This document shows positions 41,815-50,580 of a stretch of 64,000 nucleotides of DNA, piece by piece. The translations under genes and the position numbers were made by a program. How positions within the stretch are numbered: position 1 is the stretch's first letter; every line of letters begins with the position of its first letter. The stretch comes from Bacteroidota bacterium (GTDB lineage Bacteria; Bacteroidota; Bacteroidia; Chitinophagales; Chitinophagaceae), in contig JANOYH010000332.1 of NCBI GenBank assembly GCA_031428775.1, forward strand, positions 339-64,338, given 5' to 3'. The notes below the pieces were generated by a model, which was not told the origin of the DNA, did no database searches, and saw nothing but the letters and a program-made list of their open reading frames with translations.

Positions 41815-42873
41815 ATGACCAATGAATCTGAAGTAACCATTTATGATATTGCTGATAAATTGGGGATTTCAATTGCAACAGTAAGTAGGGCTTTAAATGA
41901 CGACCCCGCTGTGATACCCAAAACTAAAAAGAAGGTTTTGGAAATGGCCGAGGCACTAAATTATCGTGCCAACAACTTTGCAAGGAATTTAAGGGTAAAA
42001 CAAACCAATACGATAGGTGTTATCATCCCCAAGATCACCAGTAATTTTATGTCTTCGGTAATTTCTGGAATTGAAAGTATTGCAACCAAGGAAGGTTATA
42101 GTTTGATCATTAGTCAATCAGATGAGAAAGCTGAGAATGAGATCAAAAACGTAAAAACCATGTTCAGTAATCGAGTAGATGGACTATTAGTGTCCCTAGC
42201 ATATGATACTGAAAATATAAAGCACTACGAACCTTTTAGTAAAAAAAATATACCAGTTATTTTCTTCGATCGTGCATTTGAAAATAGTAACCATTTAAAT
42301 ATTCAAATCGATAACAGAAAAGCTGCTTATAAATTAACAGAACACTTAATTCAACAAAATTGTAAAAGAATTGCTCATATAACAGCTTCCATAAAAAGAG
42401 ATGTTTATTATGAAAGGTTAATGGGTTATAAACAGGCGTTGAAAGATTATAAGTTGAAATTTTATGAAGAGTATCTTTTTACAACAAACCTTAGTATGGA
42501 AGAAGGCGCATCTGCAGCAAGAAAAATGCTGCAATTAAAACTAAAACCAGATGCTATTTTTGCTGCAAATGATGTTAGTGCGGTGGGATGTATATTGGAA
42601 TTAAAAAAAGCCGGAATGAAAATCCCTGAAGAAATTGCAGTGGCAGGGTTCAATAATGATCCAATTGCACTGGTAGTTGAGCCCCATCTTACTACCATTA
42701 ATTATCCAGGATTTGACATGGGTGTTATTTCTGCAAGAACATTGATCAATTCAATAAAAGAAAAGAAATCAGTTTTTCAGGAAAATGCCATCATTCTTGC
42801 AACAGAGCTTATCATTAGAGAATCAACTATCAAGCCCCCATCCCTCCATCCACTATTAAATTCTGCCCAGTGA
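41815..42873 (+). CDS. LacI family transcriptional regulator (lacI-2)
   Basis: VTIYDIADKLGISIATVSRAL, VDGLL, PDAIF, IPEEIAVAGF, LTTI. ATG 41815 preferred. Confidence 0.95.
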   Translation: MTNESEVTIYDIADKLGISIATVSRALNDDPAVIPKTKKKVLEMAEALNYRANNFARNLRVKQTNTIGVIIPKITSNFMSSVISGIESIATKEGYSLIISQSDEKAENEIKNVKTMFSNRVDGLLVSLAYDTENIKHYEPFSKKNIPVIFFDRAFENSNHLNIQIDNRKAAYKLTEHLIQQNCKRIAHITASIKRDVYYERLMGYKQALKDYKLKFYEEYLFTTNLSMEEGASAARKMLQLKLKPDAIFAANDVSAVGCILELKKAGMKIPEEIAVAGFNNDPIALVVEPHLTTINYPGFDMGVISARTLINSIKEKKSVFQENAIILATELIIRESTIKPPSLHPLLNSAQ

Positions 42874-43543
42874 TATAACTAGACTTATCCATAGCCAGAA
42901 AAGCTACTGCTGCTGCTACTTCCTCAGCGCTAGCCACTCTATTTAAAGGAGTAGCTGCTAAAATTTTATCGGTATAGACTTTATCAGTTAGAATAGGGAT
43001 GATTCTTCTTGTTTCAGTAAACCAAGGTGAAACTGCATTAACCCTAACATTGTTGCCCCCATATTCTCTAGCAAGAGATTTTGTTAACTGGATCAACCCT
43101 GCTTTGCAAGCGCCATAAATACTTCCCGTTCCCACATCCATCACTCCTGCAACAGAAGCAATATTTATGATACTTGCATTCCCTGATTTTATTAAAACAG
43201 GCAATAATAATCTGATCACTTCTAGGTTTGCAACAAAATTAGTATCCAATAAAGTAGCAATTTCTGTGGCACTAAAATCCTGCGTTGGCTTGGGAATATT
43301 CATACCTACATTATTGACTAGGATATCTAAATGGGTTATCTTCTCCTTGATTTTTATTCTATCTGCTGCTTGTGTAATATCAGCCTGAATAAATGAAAAC
43401 TTACACCCTTCCAGTTGATTGCGGGCAACAATAATAACCTTTGCACCTAGTGCAGCAAATTCTTCGGCACAAGCCAGTCCTATGCCATGTGTGCCACCCG
43501 TAATGAGCGCTGTTTTTCCTTGGAGGTTCCATGCAACCATCAC
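42830..43543 (-). CDS. SDR family oxidoreductase (tropinone-reductase-like)
   Basis: TGGTHGIG, LVNNVG, YGACK (YxxxK), VRVNAVSPW, ITGQNLIVDGG; start overlaps the coaBC stop (TAGTGATG). Confidence 0.92.
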   Translation of the reverse strand: MMVAWNLQGKTALITGGTHGIGLACAEEFAALGAKVIIVARNQLEGCKFSFIQADITQAADRIKIKEKITHLDILVNNVGMNIPKPTQDFSATEIATLLDTNFVANLEVIRLLLPVLIKSGNASIINIASVAGVMDVGTGSIYGACKAGLIQLTKSLAREYGGNNVRVNAVSPWFTETRRIIPILTDKVYTDKILAATPLNRVASAEEVAAAVAFLAMDKSSYITGQNLIVDGGMGA

Positions 43544-44733
43544 TACAAATATTTTTGAATCACGTGATGAACAATATTAACGGCCAATTCTTTTTTTGAT
43601 TGCAATTCAAAAACTGTTGTTTCAATATAATCGATGAAACTTACTTGATTGCTGTCTTTTTCAAACCCTGCTCCTTGTTGATTTAAAGAGTTCAAAATGA
43701 TGGCGTCTAGGTTTTTTGTCTTCAGTTTCTTTATTGCATTCTCCTGTTCGTTTTCTGTTTCTAATGCAAAGCCAATTAGTATTTGATGCAACTGCTTATT
43801 TTCTCCAAAATGTTTTAGAATGTCTTTGTTTTTAATTAATTGAATGGACAGTGAATCTTCCGATTTTTTAATTTTTTGATTCGATGGATTTTCTGGTTTA
43901 TAATCAGCAACAGCTGCACTCATCACCACTAAATCGGCTTGCTTGTTTAGTATACAAGCATCAAACATTTCATCTGCCGTATTTACCCTAATGGTCTTAA
44001 TCCCTTGAAAGACAATGGCCTGATTAGATGGACCCGATACCAGCACCACATCTGCACCTTGCAAATAAAATGCTTCCGCCAATGCGTATCCCATTTTACC
44101 GGAAGATCGATTACCAATAAACCGAACGGGATCAATGGGTTCATAAGTTGGGCCGGCCGTGATCAACACTTTTTTCCCTTCTAGCTTCTTTGACCTAAAA
44201 TATTGTTCCACCACAAAATTCACCATTTCTTCAGGCTCCGCCATCCTACCCTCTCCAAATAAACCACTCGCCAATTCTCCATTGTTAACAGGAACAATTT
44301 TTACATGATGTTCTTTAATCGTATCCAAATTTTTCATGGTTGTTGGATGCTTCCACATATCCTCATCCATTGCAGGTGCCACACAAACTGGACAGGTTGT
44401 AGACAAATAAACGGCTAATAACAAATTATCGCATCCCCCAATGGCCATCTTTGATAAAGTATTACAACTAAGTGGGGCAATCAAGAATAAATCTGCCCAT
44501 CTACCCAATGCCACATGGTTATTCCATTCAAAATCTTCCTGCCACTCTATATTAACCTTGTTTTTAGACAACACTGATAGGGTAATAGGTGTAACAAAAT
44601 CCTTGGCCGCTGCTGTCATAACCACTTTTACTTCTGCTCCTTCTTTGATCAGCAAGCGAACCAATAGAATAGATTTATAGGCAGCAATACTACCGGTAAT
44701 TCCCACTAGAATTTTCTTGTTTTTCAATAACAT
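43543..44733 (-). CDS. coaBC: Bifunctional phosphopantothenoylcysteine decarboxylase/ligase
   Basis: GITGSIAAYK, APLSCNTLSK, PAMDEDMW, ITAGPTYEPIDPVRFIGNRSSGKMG, AAVADY. Confidence 0.97.
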   Translation of the reverse strand: MLLKNKKILVGITGSIAAYKSILLVRLLIKEGAEVKVVMTAAAKDFVTPITLSVLSKNKVNIEWQEDFEWNNHVALGRWADLFLIAPLSCNTLSKMAIGGCDNLLLAVYLSTTCPVCVAPAMDEDMWKHPTTMKNLDTIKEHHVKIVPVNNGELASGLFGEGRMAEPEEMVNFVVEQYFRSKKLEGKKVLITAGPTYEPIDPVRFIGNRSSGKMGYALAEAFYLQGADVVLVSGPSNQAIVFQGIKTIRVNTADEMFDACILNKQADLVVMSAAVADYKPENPSNQKIKKSEDSLSIQLIKNKDILKHFGENKQLHQILIGFALETENEQENAIKKLKTKNLDAIILNSLNQQGAGFEKDSNQVSFIDYIETTVFELQSKKELAVNIVHHVIQKYL

Positions 44734-44809
44734 ACTGCAAGTAAGTTACTTTAGTCCAAATTCATCGTCAATTTTTTGTAAAAACAACTTCCATTTCATA
44801 CTGAATAGA

Positions 44810-44817
44810 TAGCTTTG
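44810..44817 (+). promoter_or_regulatory. Bacteroidota -7 promoter element for panC-panB
   Basis: TAGCTTTG matches TAnnTTTG, 18 bp before ATG 44836. Confidence 0.5.
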
Positions 44818-44835
44818 CCCCTTAATTTGAATACT

Positions 44836-45639
44836 ATGCAAATCATTAGAACTGCTAATGAAATGACTTCTGTGTTAAAAAAACATACCCATATTGGATT
44901 TGTACCTACTATGGGATGTTTGCACAACGGTCACCTTTCATTACTTAATCATAGTATTGCCTATAATGAAATTACGGTATGTAGCATCTTTGTAAACCCA
45001 GCTCAATTCAATGACAAATCGGATTTTGAAAAATACCCTAATACAATTGAATCAGATATTCAAAAATTAAGAACACTAAATTGCAGTTATTTATTTCTTC
45101 CTTCGGTTGCCGAGATCTATCCCTCAACTGATACCCCTCATTTTTATGAACTAGGTGATTTAGCATCAAAATGGGAAGGCGCATTTAGGCCCGGACATTT
45201 TCAGGGGGTTTGCAAAGTGATGGACAGGTTACTGAATATCATCCCAGCTGATGACCTTTGGATGGGGCAAAAAGATTTTCAACAATGCTTGGTAGTGCAA
45301 AAATTATTAGACATCCCCCATAGAAAAACCATTCATTTTCATATGGTTCGAACTATTAGAAATGAATCTGGTTTAGCACTTAGTAGTAGGAATGAACGAC
45401 TATCCGAAAAAGGAAAATTAAATGCAGAAGCATTGTATAAATGTTTAAATAGCATTAAACAAGAATACCATGATCAAGATTTTGATTATTTACAAAACAA
45501 TGCTGTAACCTACTTACTAAATCATGGATTTGATAAGATTGAGTATTTAGCTATTATCCAACAAGAACCTGAAATTGTTGTGGCCACTGCTGCATGGATA
45601 GAAGGGGTTAGATTAATTGACAATATAAATTTCCACTAA
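44836..45639 (+). CDS. panC: Pantoate--beta-alanine ligase
   Basis: [50 protein letters not shown]. Confidence 0.96.
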   Translation: MQIIRTANEMTSVLKKHTHIGFVPTMGCLHNGHLSLLNHSIAYNEITVCSIFVNPAQFNDKSDFEKYPNTIESDIQKLRTLNCSYLFLPSVAEIYPSTDTPHFYELGDLASKWEGAFRPGHFQGVCKVMDRLLNIIPADDLWMGQKDFQQCLVVQKLLDIPHRKTIHFHMVRTIRNESGLALSSRNERLSEKGKLNAEALYKCLNSIKQEYHDQDFDYLQNNAVTYLLNHGFDKIEYLAIIQQEPEIVVATAAWIEGVRLIDNINFH

Positions 45640-46454
45640 TGTCTCTACATAAAGAGTTTAAAAAGGTTACCACTTTTTCTTTGCACCAAATGAAAGAGCA
45701 AGGAAATAAAATATCCATGTTAACGGCTTATGATTTTTCATTTGCAAAAATATTTGATGCTGCAGGAATTGATGTGCTCTTGGTTGGTGATAGTGCTGCA
45801 AATGTGATGGCGGGACATGAAACAACATTACCCATTACCCTAGACCAAATGATTTATCATGCACAGTGTGTTGTAAGAGGCGTACACAGGGCTTTGGTGG
45901 TGGTTGACTTACCATTTGGATCTTATCAGTCTAATCCATCAATGGCATTAGCATCTGCAATTAGGGTAATGAAAGAAACAGGTGCACATGCCATCAAATT
46001 GGAGGGAGGAGAAGAAGTGATTGATAGCATCAAAGCCATAGTAAATGCAGGGATTCCAGTTATGGGGCACTTAGGCTTAACCCCACAATCTATTTACCAG
46101 TTTGGTTCTTACGCCGTAAGAGCAAATAATAAAACAGAAGCTGCCCAACTCAAAAAAAATACACAGTTATTGGAACAAGTCGGATGTTTTGCCATTGTAT
46201 TGGAAAAAATCCCTGCTGCACTAGCATCAGAAGTTTCTAAAACTTTAGCCATTCCAACTATTGGCATTGGTGCTGGCCCCGACTGTGATGGACAAGTTTT
46301 AGTAATGCACGACATGCTAGGCATCAACACCGAATTTCATCCACGCTTTCTTCGTCAGTACCAACAATTAAACGGACTAATTACAGATGCGGTTAAACAA
46401 TATATTGACGATGTGAAGGACCATTCTTTTCCAACAGAGAAAGAGTCTTACTAA
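45639..46454 (+). CDS. panB: 3-methyl-2-oxobutanoate hydroxymethyltransferase
   Basis: [48 protein letters not shown]; TAATG overlap with panC. Confidence 0.98.
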   Translation: MSLHKEFKKVTTFSLHQMKEQGNKISMLTAYDFSFAKIFDAAGIDVLLVGDSAANVMAGHETTLPITLDQMIYHAQCVVRGVHRALVVVDLPFGSYQSNPSMALASAIRVMKETGAHAIKLEGGEEVIDSIKAIVNAGIPVMGHLGLTPQSIYQFGSYAVRANNKTEAAQLKKNTQLLEQVGCFAIVLEKIPAALASEVSKTLAIPTIGIGAGPDCDGQVLVMHDMLGINTEFHPRFLRQYQQLNGLITDAVKQYIDDVKDHSFPTEKESY

Positions 46455-46529
46455 TTTTCTTACACAACAAATATTCAACAATTACTTTATACTATTTTTT
46501 ACAAATAAATATTTAAATGCTTCGGTTTC

Positions 46530-46565
46530 TAGTTATATAATTAAAATCAATAGTTATATAATTAA
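46530..46565. repeat. Perfect 15-bp direct repeat TAGTTATATAATTAA x2, 21-bp period
   Basis: Copies at 46530-46544 and 46551-46565, upstream of the CHRD gene. Confidence 0.85.
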
Positions 46566-46657
46566 CATTTAAAGCCTATACTTTACGTCCTTTGGCACAT
46601 GTTTTGGATAATACAAAGTGAGACGACTTTCTCACTAAAAATCCAAAAACAAAACGA

Positions 46658-47146
46658 ATGAAAAACTCAATTCTTAAAAACAAATCTTTCCTTATAGTCT
46701 TTGCTAGTGCTTTGATTATGAGTTTTACAATGTTCAGTTGTACAAAGGATGACGCTTCGTTGTCAGTGATGTTTTCGCTAAGCGGTAATGCATCAGGCAG
46801 TCAAATGGTTCCAAGTAACAGCTCAACAAGTGGAACGGGTACTTATTCAGGAAGTTATAATTCATCTACAAAAGTCATGACTTATACCAGTACTTGGGCT
46901 AATTTAACAAGTACTCCTATTGCGGCTGGCATATATAGTGGAGCATCGGGAATTAGTGGAACCTTAGTTGCGGCTTTAAGCTTGGGCTCAAATTTGCCAG
47001 CTTCTGGTGGCAGTGCTTCGGGTTCAGTTACCTTAAATGCAACACAGGAAACACAATTGTTTCAAGGAAATATGTATTATTTGTTTTCCACAACAAGTAA
47101 TGTTTCAGGTGAAATAAGGGGACAAATTGTAGCACAGAAACAGTAA
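46658..47146 (+). CDS. CHRD domain-containing lipoprotein
   Basis: Lipobox FSC; LSG.QMVP...S.GTG, C-terminal GNMY......GEIRGQI. Confidence 0.85.
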   Translation: MKNSILKNKSFLIVFASALIMSFTMFSCTKDDASLSVMFSLSGNASGSQMVPSNSSTSGTGTYSGSYNSSTKVMTYTSTWANLTSTPIAAGIYSGASGISGTLVAALSLGSNLPASGGSASGSVTLNATQETQLFQGNMYYLFSTTSNVSGEIRGQIVAQKQ

Positions 47147-47150
47147 AAAA

Positions 47151-47187
47151 ATGATGCCACCTTGACTTTTGTTTGAGGTTGCATCAT
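47151..47187 (+). terminator. Hairpin after the CHRD gene
   Basis: ATGATGCCACCT ... AGGTTGCATCAT (11 of 12 paired). Confidence 0.55.
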
Positions 47188-47519
47188 TCACACCTATTTT
47201 CTTTAAATAAACAGATACCACCTGAATGTGTTACCCAAATCCTTTCTTTAAAATCTTGTTTAAGATCAAACACTGGCCAAGCAATCGATGAAGCTTTAAA
47301 TGCGATTCTGGTAAGCAAATTATTTTCTCCAATCTCATACAAACTGATATTTGTTGCAGAAACGGTATATTTTTTATTTTTTACAAAATATCCATCATAA
47401 CGGTTCAGACCCGAATTAGTTCCAATCCAAATAAATCCTTTTTTGTCCTGCAGTATTGAAGTGACTTCTAGATTAGAAAGTCCATTAAATCATTTTAGGA
47501 TATTAAATCGGATACTTAC
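47184..47519 (-). pseudogene. Fragment of a two-component-regulator beta-propeller (Reg_prop) sensor gene, absent from the ORF track
   Basis: Minus frame reads VSIRFNILK*FNGLSNLEVTSILQDKKGFIWIGTNSGLNRYDGY...DLKQDFKERIWVTHSGG...*; TGA at 47490-47492, end stop at 47184-47186. Confidence 0.8.
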
Positions 47520-47526
47520 GGATATA

Positions 47527-48570
47527 ATGAGCTTAGTAATAAACAATTTGCATCTTGACTTAGGCATGAAAATCGTGTCTGAATTGTCTAAAATTGATCG
47601 TTTTGATGCTTCTTGGTCTAGCATTGAAAAAAGAGAAGCTGCCATATTAATGCAATTAAAAAGTATTGCAACAGTTAAAAGTGTAGGGGCCTCTACAAGA
47701 ATGGAAGGTTCTAAAATGACAGATGACGAAGTGAGTGTTTTAATTGAAAACATTAATATATCATCTTTTGAAGAAAGGGATCAACAAGAAGTAGTTGGCT
47801 ACTTTGAAACCTTTGATACGATTGCTGAAAATTTTACATCAATTAGTATCACAGAAAGCCAAATTAAGCGCTTGCATAATATTTTAATGAAACACAGTAT
47901 AAAAGATGCATGGTACAAAGGGGAATACAAACAAGTAACAAATGCTGTTGAGGCAAATTTACCAGATGGAACCAAGCAAACAATCTTCAGAACAACAGAA
48001 CCTGGTCTTCAAACACAAGACGCAATGATACGTTTAATAGAATGGTACAATAGTGATGAAGAAACATTACCAATAGTTAAGGACGCATTGTTTGTTTATG
48101 AATTTTTAAGCATCCATCCATTTCAAGACGGCAATGGCAGATTAAGTAGATTATTGGCAAGTTTACTATTATTAAAAAATGGATACACATGGATACAATA
48201 TGTCAGTTTTGAACACGAAATTGAAAATAGAAAATCAGCATATTACAAAGTGCTAATGGACACTCAAAAGAATAGGCCGGGTGAAAACATAACAAAATGG
48301 CTTTCTTTTTTTATTGGCTGCCTAATTAATATTCAAAACAATTTATTGTTGAAGTTAGAAGAGAGTAAAAAAGCAAGCAAATCGCTCACACAACGTGAAG
48401 AAAGAATTAATTTTTATATTCAAAATCATGCAGGCTGTGGTTCAGGAAATATTGCCATTAAGTTAAACATTCCGCTTCCGACTGTTAAGAAAACACTTAT
48501 TGAACTACTAAATAAAAAGGTAATTACTAAAGAGGGTGTAGGAAAAGCAACTGGTTATTATTCAATTTAA
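47527..48570 (+). CDS. Fic family protein with N-terminal inhibitory motif and C-terminal winged HTH
   Basis: HPFQDGNGRLSR Fic motif; STRMEG matches (S/T)xxxE(G/N); HTH-like tail. ATG 47527 preferred over the track start 47443. Confidence 0.92.
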   Translation: MSLVINNLHLDLGMKIVSELSKIDRFDASWSSIEKREAAILMQLKSIATVKSVGASTRMEGSKMTDDEVSVLIENINISSFEERDQQEVVGYFETFDTIAENFTSISITESQIKRLHNILMKHSIKDAWYKGEYKQVTNAVEANLPDGTKQTIFRTTEPGLQTQDAMIRLIEWYNSDEETLPIVKDALFVYEFLSIHPFQDGNGRLSRLLASLLLLKNGYTWIQYVSFEHEIENRKSAYYKVLMDTQKNRPGENITKWLSFFIGCLINIQNNLLLKLEESKKASKSLTQREERINFYIQNHAGCGSGNIAIKLNIPLPTVKKTLIELLNKKVITKEGVGKATGYYSI

Positions 48571-48584
48571 ATGTTTCGCAAAAC

Positions 48585-48622
48585 AAAAAAAGAGACTAGT
48601 AATTTCTACTAGTCTCTTTTGT
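48585..48622. terminator. Bidirectional terminator between fic and tRNA-Pro
   Basis: AAAAGAGACTAGT-aatttct-ACTAGTCTCTTTT. Confidence 0.85.
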
Positions 48623-48624
48623 GT

Positions 48625-48701
48625 TGGTCGGGAAGACAGGATTCGAACCTGCGACCCCCTGGTCCCAAACCAGGTGCGCTACCGGCCTGCGCTACTTCCC
48701 G
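48625..48701 (-). tRNA. tRNA-Pro(TGG)
   Basis: CGGGAAG acceptor stem, anticodon arm CCTGG-TTTGGGA-CCAGG, GGTTCGAATCC T-arm, encoded CCA. Confidence 0.97.
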
Positions 48702-48715
48702 AAGCCTGTTGGCAG

Positions 48716-48804
48716 CGGTGAGGGCGGGATTCGAACCCGCGGTACAGAGTAACCCGTACGGCAGTTTAGCAAACTACTGATTTCAGCCGCTCATCCACCT
48801 CACC
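48716..48804 (-). tRNA. tRNA-Ser(GCT)
   Basis: GGTGAGG acceptor stem, anticodon arm GTAGT-TTGCTAA-ACTGC, long variable arm, GGTTCGAATCC; no encoded CCA. Confidence 0.96.
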
Positions 48805-48830
48805 GTCCTTGCTCTTTTCAGAGAGGGTTG

Positions 48831-48862
48831 CAAAAATAGGGAGCTGCGTGCTAATTGCCAAA
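48831..48862 (-). promoter_or_regulatory. Bacteroidota sigma-70 promoter of the tRNA-Ser/tRNA-Pro pair
   Basis: Minus strand -33 TTTG (48859-48862), 20-bp spacer, -7 TATTTTTG (48831-48838). Confidence 0.75.
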
Positions 48863-48985
48863 AAAGGATGCAAAAAATTGAAAATAAAAATCCCGAACTA
48901 GGCTTTAACTAGTCCGGGATCAATTATTTAGAACAGATTCTCGTTTATTTATTACAACAACTCCTTAGTTTTTGTTTATTCGTCC

Positions 48986-50419
48986 TTACATAGCCGCTAA
49001 TTGCACTTTCTGTGTCAATTCCATCACGTTCTCTCTAAATATGCTATCTGTGTCCATCAGATCCTTTACGGTCTGACATGAGTGTATTACCGTGGTATGA
49101 TCGCGTCCACCAAAATGCTCTCCAATAGTCTTCAAAGAATTCTTAGTAAAAGCCTTTGCCAAATACATGGTAATCTGACGTGCCTGTACTATTTCACGCT
49201 TCCTCGTTTTGTGCAATAACTTGTCATATGGAACATCAAAATATTCGCATACCATTTTCTGAATAGCATCAATAGTAATCTCTTTGCTACTGGTCTTCAC
49301 AAAATTGCGTAACACCTTCTTAGCCAGCTCTACATCAATGTCTTTCTTATTCAAAGAACTCTGCGCCAACAAAGAAATCAGCGCACCTTCCAATTCACGC
49401 ACATTGGTATTAATATTATATGCCACATACTTTACCACTTCTTTTGGCATATCCAAACCATCGTTCTTCATTTTCTTCTCCAGAATTTCAATCCTGGTTT
49501 CATAATCTGGAATCTGTAAGTCGGCACTCAGTCCCCACCTAAATCTACTCAACAACCTTTCTTGCATGCCATCCAAATCTTTTGGCGGCTTATCAGAAGT
49601 TAATACCAATTGTTTTCCACTCTGATGTAAGTGATTAAAAATGGCAAAAAATGCGTCCTGACTTTTCTCAGCCCTGCTAAAAAATTGCACATCGTCAATA
49701 ATCAACACGTCAATCAATTGATAGAAATGTATAAAATCGTTGATGGCATTATTCCTACTATGGTCTTGAAACTGATTGATGAATTTTTCACTACTCACAT
49801 ATAACACCACTTTACCCGGATGCATACGCTTCACTTCATTGCCAATAGATTGTGCCAAATGCGTTTTACCCAAACCAACACCACCATAAATTACCAATGG
49901 ATTAAATGAATTACCACCGGGTTTATCTGCCACCGTCTTTCCAGCCCTACGTGCTACCCTATTGCAATCGCCTTCAATAAAAGAATCGAAAGTGTACATA
50001 TGATTGAGCTGCGGGTCGATCTGCATTTTTTTCAGACCCGGAATCACAAATGGATTCTTTACGGGATTATCAATTACCAACGGGAAATTCATCTCGTTGT
50101 TATTATAAGTCTTCATGTTACTTGCAGGAATATCCATAGAACCACTTCTGCCATTGGTATTTCCACTGTCCACCATAATGCGGTATTCTAACCTTGCTTC
50201 TTTTCCTAACTCACGCTTCAACGTTTTTGCCAACAAATTCACATAATGCTCTTCCAAGTATTCGTAAAAAAATTGACTGGGCACTTGTATCAATAATACA
50301 TTCGCCTTCAGCTCAATAGGGGTAATTGGGTCGAACCAAGTTTTGTAATGTTGCCACTCTACTATGTCTTTAATAATTTTTAAACAATTGCTCCAGATTA
50401 ATTCAGCGGTTTTTGCCAT
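48986..50419 (-). CDS. dnaA: Chromosomal replication initiator DnaA
   Basis: YTFDSFIEG, GGVGLGKTHL (Walker A), LIIDDVQF, RLLSRF, NVRELEG, FGGRDHTTVIHS. Confidence 0.99.
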   Translation of the reverse strand: MAKTAELIWSNCLKIIKDIVEWQHYKTWFDPITPIELKANVLLIQVPSQFFYEYLEEHYVNLLAKTLKRELGKEARLEYRIMVDSGNTNGRSGSMDIPASNMKTYNNNEMNFPLVIDNPVKNPFVIPGLKKMQIDPQLNHMYTFDSFIEGDCNRVARRAGKTVADKPGGNSFNPLVIYGGVGLGKTHLAQSIGNEVKRMHPGKVVLYVSSEKFINQFQDHSRNNAINDFIHFYQLIDVLIIDDVQFFSRAEKSQDAFFAIFNHLHQSGKQLVLTSDKPPKDLDGMQERLLSRFRWGLSADLQIPDYETRIEILEKKMKNDGLDMPKEVVKYVAYNINTNVRELEGALISLLAQSSLNKKDIDVELAKKVLRNFVKTSSKEITIDAIQKMVCEYFDVPYDKLLHKTRKREIVQARQITMYLAKAFTKNSLKTIGEHFGGRDHTTVIHSCQTVKDLMDTDSIFRENVMELTQKVQLAAM

Positions 50420-50434
50420 ACAACAATCAACGAT

Positions 50435-50513
50435 TTATAAACAGTTATTTTATCCTTTTATCCCGCATTTCACTTTTTATCCACAACCCTCAAGTTATCC
50501 TATTTTCTCCACA
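50435..50513. promoter_or_regulatory. DnaA-box cluster upstream of dnaA
   Basis: TTATCCACA (50477-50485, perfect), TTCTCCACA (50505-50513), TTATAAACA (50435-50443). Confidence 0.7.
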
Positions 50514-50580
50514 AATTGAAATGTTAACAAAATAATTTAGGGGCTGCAATATGTACACTTTATGTTGAAAAAAAAATTTT

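Noticed and set aside
46455-48701. Integrated element with att repeats at tRNA-Pro
   Set aside because: No integrase, and I found no copy of the tRNA 3' end (tggtcgggaagacagg) between panB and fic by eye
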